The notes under the pieces were generated by a model. The model saw only the letters and a list, made by a program, of their open reading frames with translations. It was not told the DNA's origin and did no database searches. Positions 49,200 through 64,000 of a DNA stretch of 64,000 nt are shown here, one piece after another (position 1 is the stretch's first letter; each line of letters starts with the position of its first letter). The DNA lies in NCBI GenBank assembly GCA_033442325.1, contig JAWQFM010000010.1, forward strand, positions 1,669,018 to 1,733,017. The letters are read 5' to 3'. This DNA comes from Salpingoeca rosetta (lineage: Eukaryota > Protista > Choanoflagellata). The position numbers and the translations under genes were made by a program.

Positions 49200-49550
49200 A
49201 CTCTCTCTCACTCACCACACACACTCTCTCACTCACCACAAATACACATACATTCAAACACGCTTACAAACTCGCAGATTACGCGCCGCATTGCCGCGCT
49301 GTCGTCCCGCAAGCCGATTATGGGCTCGGCATCAGGCCCGCGTTTGCCGCGTAAGTTGTCGCAGTACGGCAAGGACGTCATGGCCCTGAGGGCGGAGCAG
49401 AAGAAGAGGGACGATGGCCACGACAGCCTGGACGACGAGGATGAGCGCTACTTCAAGCCCAGGCTCGGTGACGCCGCTGCGTCTGCCAACGGCAAGGACA
49501 AGAAGAAGAAGAAGAAGAAGGGCAAGAAGAGCAAGAGCTCCAAGGTCTGA
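46890..49550 (+). CDS. GYG1: Glycogenin (GT8), multi-exon, with a C-terminal extension
   Basis: AYVTLA...YVIGALVLAHSL, RPELGVTFTKI, YEKCVFLDADT (DxD motif), [32 protein letters not shown], autoglucosylation Tyr region AAYGYAPAF and VVHFIGAHKPW. Confidence 0.95.
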
Positions 49551-49855
49551 GGACAGGTCTGCAAGCAAGGCGACACACACACACACCCACACACGTGTGC
49601 TGTCTCTTTTGGTTTTTTCCGTCTCTCTGCTCGACCACTTCCGATCTCCTATGGCCCTTCACACTGCCCTTCTGCGTTTGTTGTGTCTCCCCCCTCTCCA
49701 CCCAAAAGCACATCATCTCTGCACTTCAGTTCCCGCTGCAGATGGTTGCGCTTTTGTCCTTTTCTTTGCACGCAGCCTTCCTGTCTTGTTTGCACATTCA
49801 TGTTGCTGTGTATTGCCGTGGTCCTTTGCTTGTCTCGTTGTGATCTTCTTGCTTG

Positions 49856-49886
<31 letters not shown>

Positions 49887-50325
49887 CACATTTTGGTTCC
49901 ACCCATCCACCTCCACCACCTGCTCTGCCCTTTTGCCAGCCCAGCTGTTGTTGGGCAATCGTGACGATTATTGAAAGATAACCATCAAATTTCGGTATCT
50001 GTCGTTGTTGCGAGAACGGCGAGCCAGCCAGTTGTCGCACAAAGCACCACACCACATCAGCACACCCTGCACCGTGTCGGTGTTGACCGCGCCGCTTGGC
50101 TGGGTATCTTCAACCGACCAACGAAGCAACCGTGCAAACAGACCGCTTGCTGTGCTTTGTTGGCAAGCAAGGAGGGTTCTTGATTGCTTACCCTCTCTGG
50201 TGGGTTTCTGTGTGTGACCTCGCTCTGAGCAGCCTCACAACACAGCACCACCGACCGTCATTTTGGCTGCGTGACAACCCCATTTCCGCTTTATTCCCCT
50301 GCCCCCCCCCACCACCACCAACAAG

Positions 50326-50657
50326 ATGTCTCGCACCCCTGCGTGGGCGCGGTGGCGACCCGAGTATCTCAACTTTGAAGCCCACCACGCTTCCATCGTC
50401 ACTAGCCAAGGAGGTATGGCCCACGTGGCGTGCTTGTCGTGTCTCGAGATCGGATTGGGTGTAAACATGCGTGCGTGTGTGTGTAAATGTGTGTCTGTGT
50501 GTAAATGTGTGTCTTTGTGTAAATGTGTGTCTGTGTATTTGTGAATGTGTATGGGGAGAGAGTCGGGGTGGGGCTGGCAGGGTGAATACACACACACACA
50601 CACACATACACACACACACACACACACAACGAGCGCTCAAGCAAGCCAAGAGCGCGT

Positions 50658-50718
<61 letters not shown>

Positions 50719-53491
50719 CCACGCAACCGCGCTCAAGCTTGCACGACATCAACTAACCGCATGCCTAAATTCCCCAGAGCACCCCGGAATCTTCATCATC
50801 AAGCCACCTTCCCTGTTCGTTATCAACCCCTCGGTGAGCTGTCGTCTCTGCTGCGCTTGCGTTTGTCGCGGCGATTTCGCGACATGCATCCATTACCACC
50901 ATCCATCCATACATTGCGCATCTTTCGACCACTTACCCTGCCCCTCCCCCTCACGCGCGCTCTTCTTCCCTTCAACCTTCCGTCTTCCCAGACACAACAG
51001 CCGGTCTTTGTGGTCGACCTGGCCAGATGCACATGCAACGTCTCCGGCACCACGGAAACAATTCTCTTTGTACGTCGCACCAAACCTTTTCTTTGCGTCG
51101 CTTTGCTTTGTGGAGCGCGCGCACACACACACACACAAGAACACTCAAACACAAACAAACAAACAAACACACACACACACACACAAACACATACACATAC
51201 ACACACACTTGTATCATGTTCACAATCTCCGCTGGTTGTGCTGTTGGAGACCTGTTTGCTGGCACTTCATTGTGGGCGCGGATACCCCCCCCCCTTTGTG
51301 GTTCTCCTTACCAACCCCATCCTGTTCTCTTGCCGTCGCGCAGGTGAAGCTTGTGCACAGCCTGGCCACACACCCGACGTTCATGGAGAACGGCCGCATT
51401 CGCATCCGCTCAAAGTCACAGCCACACCGGTGCGTGAACGCCTACATGCCAGCTCGACCGTGGTTGGATGTGCTCTCCCATTCCCAACCGCAGGCATCAA
51501 ATGGAACAGCCATACGTTTGGTTTCGCGCCTTGCCGCCTTGCCATGCTCACACTGCTGTTCATGACTGTTTGTGTCTTTCGCATGTTCAGGGACCACCTT
51601 GCTTCGGCCATCAACTCATCCCTCAAGGTACAAGGGCAGAGTTGTGTGTGTGTGTGTATGTGTGTGTGTGTGTGTGTGTTGGTGTGTATGTGAGAGAAAG
51701 AGAGAGCTTGTGAGACCTACACAAACACACACACACACACACCTTTGGATGGCGCCCGTTGATTGGTCTGCTTGACACCCCCCCCCCCTTCGTTCTCACC
51801 ACTACCAACATCATCAACATCACCAACATCACCATCATCACCACCATCACCATCACCGCCACCCCCTGCAGCGAAGCAACGTTGGGATGCAGCTGCAGGG
51901 GACGACCGGGGAATCAACAACAGAGCAGGGCGGGTCGACACGCGTGCCCCACGTGGCCATCGACACCCTCACCGTTCGCCGCCTGGCAACAACAGCGTCG
52001 CAGGTCCGCGAGATTTGCGACCGCATCGGCCTCTTTGACAAAGTGCTGACTCAGGACCTCAACATTGCCCACAAGCTCGTGGCCACCGAACGCAAGCTGC
52101 TGCTTGGGCTCAAGGCGACACTGCTGGCACCCTCGCCAGAGGACGGCGAGTGCATCATGCAACTTCGCCTCATCACGCAATCTGTGCTGGGGCGCGCGCT
52201 GCCGTGGATGGAGTACGGCGAGACGCTGCTGCAGACGGCCATGCAGGCAAACGACTACAGTGCAGCAACCATGCGTGTCGTTGAGCGCCACCTCAACCGC
52301 GTGTCGTTCTTCTCCGAGATTCTGGCGTGGGTGACGCACGCACACGTCATCTTCACGCAGCCATCGACGAGCCAGGAGGCGGCCGAGATTGCCCTGCGCC
52401 TCTCCCAGGTGTTCCACATCCTCGCAGAGCGCCCGCGCACGCAGCCGCAGCTGACGACGCTCGTGGCCAGGCTCACCTGGGCGACAAAGGACATCTTGGG
52501 CATGGTAAATGTCGCCCACGTTGGCCGCGAGGTGGAGGGCGAGCTGCGTGACGCAATCCTGTCTGCTGTTCAGGCCGGCATGGCCGTCCAGGACGCCCTG
52601 TACAAGTTCATGCTCAGTCCGCCGTTTCCATTTGAGTTTGACGTGGTTGTTGCGCACTGCTACCGACTCGGCGCAGCGCTGCTTGAGATTCTGCACGCCG
52701 CCGCCGCCTCGGGGGAGTGGGAGTTTCTTGACTTTGGGTTGGCCATGCACGTTGACTGGGCACGCCTCGACCCCGCCACCCCATATGTGTCGCAGGTTGC
52801 ACGCCAGCACTCCCAACACCAGCAGCAGCAGCGGCAGCACGCGACGCTGCGGCGTGACGGGCGCGGGGCGGCAGTGGCGGCAGGCGCACACACGCCGGCA
52901 GCACGTGCTCTTGGACAGCAGCACCTGCACCCCCAGGGCCAGCAGCAGCAGCAGCAGCAGCAAGGGGCGGGGCAGACGGCAACGATGATGAGCGGTGCAA
53001 GCATTGGCAGCGGGTACTTTGAGCAGGAGGAGGAGGACGGGGACGCAAACGTGGCGGGCTTGAAGGAGCTCTCTCTGCTGGAGGAAGAGGAAGATGACGA
53101 CGACGACTATGAGGATGAGGCGCAGCTGTCGAAGCTGCTGACCAGCGGGGTGGAGGTTGATGCCCTGGACCAGGCCGTGATGAGCAACGAGCGGTACAGG
53201 GACATTGTCTCCAAGCAGCTGGACGAGGCAAAGCAGCGCTGCGACAAGGCCGTGGACGCTGCGAACAACGTCAGCAGGCTGTGTTTGCTTGACGTGCTGC
53301 GGAAGCTCATGTCTGCAAGCAACAAGCTCATCTGCGTGGACAGCCGCAACGCGTCATCTGTTGACACGTGGTCCAAGACTGTCAGCAGCTTTGTGCAGCG
53401 CATTCAGGTCAGTGGCCGTGTGCGTACATGTGCCTGTGATTTTGTGTGTGTGTGTGATTTTTTTTTGTGTGTGTGTGTGTGTGTGCCTGTG

Positions 53492-53557
<66 letters not shown>

Positions 53558-55699
53558 CGCGTGTGTTGTTTTTGGTTTTTGCATTACGCTTCATGTCCAC
53601 TCCCAACTGCACCTCCCCTCCCCCCTCTCCCTGGCTTGTGCCTCACCCTCCTTGCTCAAATCCTCCCCCCTTCCTTGTCAATGACCAATTGTTCCCCGTG
53701 CCGTGCGTGTGCAGACGATGACGGAGGAGGCCCGCCGCGTGTTCCGGGCGCAGCCGCGTGGCGCCTCGCTCACGGGCGATGCTGCCACCTCCCTGCTCAC
53801 CAGCATCAAGGGCACCGTGGCCATTGGCACGCGCCTGCTGGCCGACCTCGACGCCATCCTCAAGAGCCAGACCGCTGCACAGGCGCGGCGTGACAGCGAT
53901 GCGCGCAAGCACCCGCCAAAGCCCGCGGCAGCACCTGCGTCGCCGCCGTCTGCAGCCGTGATGGCTGAGCCCGGGTACATGTCCATGCGCATGGGGATGG
54001 GGCTGGAGGGCGAGGAGGACGAGTACGTGTACACGGACATCACCGCGCCGGCCGCTCGCGTGCAGGAGGCGGTGAGCGAGGACGAGGACGAGGACGGAGG
54101 TGCTGTGGGGCAGGGGGAGCGGAAGCGCGCAGGCAGCGTGTTTGACGGCGGTGAGGAGGATGTCATCTACCTGACGAAAGACTCCCTCAAGGAGCAGCAG
54201 AAGAAGGAGATGGCGGCAGATGCCACGCGCGTGCTGGCTGCGGCGTCACTCCCACAGATTGTGACGCGCATCACGCGCTCTGAGCGGTTTGACCCGAAGC
54301 TCATGTCAGCGGTGATCCTGACGTACCACTCGTTTACGACGGGGCGGGAGCTGCTTGACCTGCTCATCACGCGGTTTGAGGAATCCCTCGAGGGAAAGGT
54401 GGTGACGACGCCTGCCGAGGACCCTGTTGGCTTCCAGGTGCGCGCCCGCGTGCTGAACGCAATCAAGCGCTGGCTGATTGACAACGCGGACGACTTTCGT
54501 GACCGTGAGCTCCTCTCGCAGCTGCGGTCGTTCCTGCAGCGGCACCAGGGGCTGCACTCGTCCACGAAGAACATGCTTGAGATGGTGAAGCACATTGAGT
54601 CGTGCCGGCGGCAGAGCACGGCCAACATCTTCACGGATTCTGGCGCGCGTCGCATCCTCGGAGACATGGACGAGGACGAGGCGGAGGAGTGGGACGTAGT
54701 CATGCGTCCACGCTCGTCCATGTCCGTGTGCAAGCTGGACCTGTGTCAACTCGGGTACTGGGAGACGGCGGAGCAGCTGACGCTGTGGCACTGGAAGCTG
54801 TACGTGCAGCTGACGCCGCACGACCTGATTGGCAAGAAGGCGGAGAAGGCGCCTCGGAAGAAGCTGCTTGCCAAGCACGCCACTGTCGTCACGTTCTGGG
54901 TGATGGCGTCGATCCTGCGCGAGGCGGAGCGGCTGAAGCGTGTGCAGCGGCTCAAGTACATGGTGCGGCTGGCAGACACGCTGCTGTCGCTGGGCAACTT
55001 TGACCTCTTCTACGCGGTGTACCTGGGCATCTCCCACAGCTCCATCCGCCGGCTCAAGCAGACGTGGAAGCTGTTCCGGGACAAGCACCCGCGCTCGACC
55101 ACGCTGTACGAGAAGCACGAGCAGCTGTGCGGCGACCTCCACTTTGGTCGTCTGCGGGCGCTGTTGCGGGAACGGCACCTGCAAGCAAAGCCGTGCATCC
55201 CGCCCATCCCCATGTACAACAACGACTTTCTCCGGCGGCAGAACGCGTTCAACGACACCATGGACAACAACGGGGTGAAGCTCATCAACCTGATGAAACG
55301 GATGAATCTTGTTGAAGCCATTGAGGAAATTCGCGCGTACCAGCGCCTCGAATACCGCCTCCCTGCAAAGGAAATCATCCAGGTCTGTTGTGCCGCGTGT
55401 TCGTGTTCTGAGTCGGATGTGGTGGTGGTGGTGTGTGTGTGTGTGTGTGTGTGTGTGATTGAGTGTGGTGCAGAAGGTGGGCTGCTGGCTGAGGTGTCAT
55501 TTGTCGTGGATGGTTCCGTTGCTTTCCATGACGTTCCTCTCGTGTGTGATGCTCACCATGTGAGTGGCGTGTATTGTGTGTATTGTGTGTCCTTCGTCGT
55601 GTGCAGATGTATCTTGATACGCAGTTTGTGAAGCAAGTCTCGCTCTCGTCGCTCGAGGCATCGGACCGCTCACGTCAGATTGAGCCGCCGTCGTCTTGA
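50326..55699 (+). CDS. Ras-family guanine nucleotide exchange factor: PH-like N-terminus, helical bundle region, REM and CDC25 domains
   Basis: REM motifs [33 protein letters not shown] and RVLNAIKRW...DDF. CDC25 motifs [20 protein letters not shown]...[24 protein letters not shown] and terminal SRQIEPPSS*. Five small phase-consistent 5' exons start at the aagATG at 50326 (tentative). Confidence 0.88.
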
Positions 55700-56315
55700 G
55701 CGGCCCGCTCGCTCACTCGATGTTCGTCTGTGCGTGTGCGTGTGCGTGCGTCTGTGTCTGTGTCTGCGTGCGTGCGTGTGTCTGTGTCTGTGTGTGTGTC
55801 TGTGTGTACATGATGCAGTGTCGTGCCTTCCCTCTTGTCTCCTCGTCAGCATTTTGGTTGTTTGTTTCAGTGTGTTGCTTCTTCCACACTTCGCCTTCTC
55901 GCGCGTTGCCACTTGGTTGTTCAAGCCCTTCCCCTCAGCAATTGTTGCCGCATGCCGTTACATCACACGCAACCGCAACTTTCTCTCTGCCTCTCTCTCT
56001 CTCTCGTTATTCCTCGCCTTCAGGTTTCGTAGATCGATGTGTGTCTGTGTGTCTATGTGTCTGTCTTTTTGCAGCTGTGTGGCGTGTTTTCGCTTGCATT
56101 GTTTGGCGCCGCAAATTTGAAATGAAACTACACCAAGCTACGACTCTGCACCCACGCGTGTGCGCGCAGGCGAATGAAATGATGGCAGCAGTGAACATCC
56201 TGACATAACATAACATAAGGAACTGCGTCGGAAGAAAAAGCAGGCGGCTGTGCCCATCCCTGTCTGTCTTGCTGAGATGAGAAACCATCATCATCATGCA
56301 TAATCATCATCGTCA

Positions 56316-61120
<4,805 letters not shown>

Positions 61121-61347
61121 CACCGTCCTCCCAGTTGCCGAAAATTGGTAATATGTTCAGTAAATTCTCCACAATCATACGATCCCCGTTCGTATTTTTG
61201 GTGGCGGCTGCTGCGGCAAACACAAACACACACGCATCTGCCACACCTCCTCCCTGCGCCTCGTCCGGAAACCAACGCGAACCTCACTTGCTGAAAGGGA
61301 GACAGAGGGTTGCGCTTGTGTGGGTTGTGTGTGGCAGAGAGGCAAGG

Positions 61348-64000
<2,653 letters not shown>

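Noticed and set aside
50096-50200. PH-like GYLQ...GKQGGFL segment upstream of the RasGEF
   Set aside because: There is no ATG or clear splice acceptor leading into it. The ATG at 50326 has the locally typical aagATG context, so the segment was left out of the model.

Overview
This is eukaryotic, gene-dense, intron-rich DNA. Introns are packed with (CA/TG)n, (GA)n and trinucleotide microsatellites, and there are two 100-N scaffold gaps. The style and gene content suggest a choanoflagellate such as Salpingoeca rosetta (inference, not verified). Most ORF-track entries are microsatellite noise, so the spliced genes were rebuilt by hand from GT-AG sites and protein motifs. Sixteen genes were found, in this order: PSMC6/RPT4 (5' part), an HSDL2-like SDR, an intronless 2290-aa LRR membrane protein, NEIL1, HSP20, an RS-domain cyclophilin, an uncharacterised secreted beta-propeller plus helical-barrel enzyme, NAGLU (GH89), a low-complexity orphan, an MH1-like DNA-binding protein, a TBCC/RP2-like beta-helix protein, SSADH, a WDR12 N-terminal (NLE) fragment, glycogenin, a RasGEF, a GLUT10/12-like transporter, plus the 5' part of a TAO-like kinase running off the right edge. 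Three leads stand out. (1) A Smad-type MH1-like transcription factor, split over small exons and invisible in the ORF track, keeps all four Zn ligands and the R-x-Q DNA-reading hairpin but has no MH2 domain. (2) A giant LRR ectodomain is fused to an XK/Xkr-scramblase-like membrane module. (3) A bacterial-looking candidate glycosidase lies in tandem with a GH89 that carries an extra C-terminal PAN-like module.
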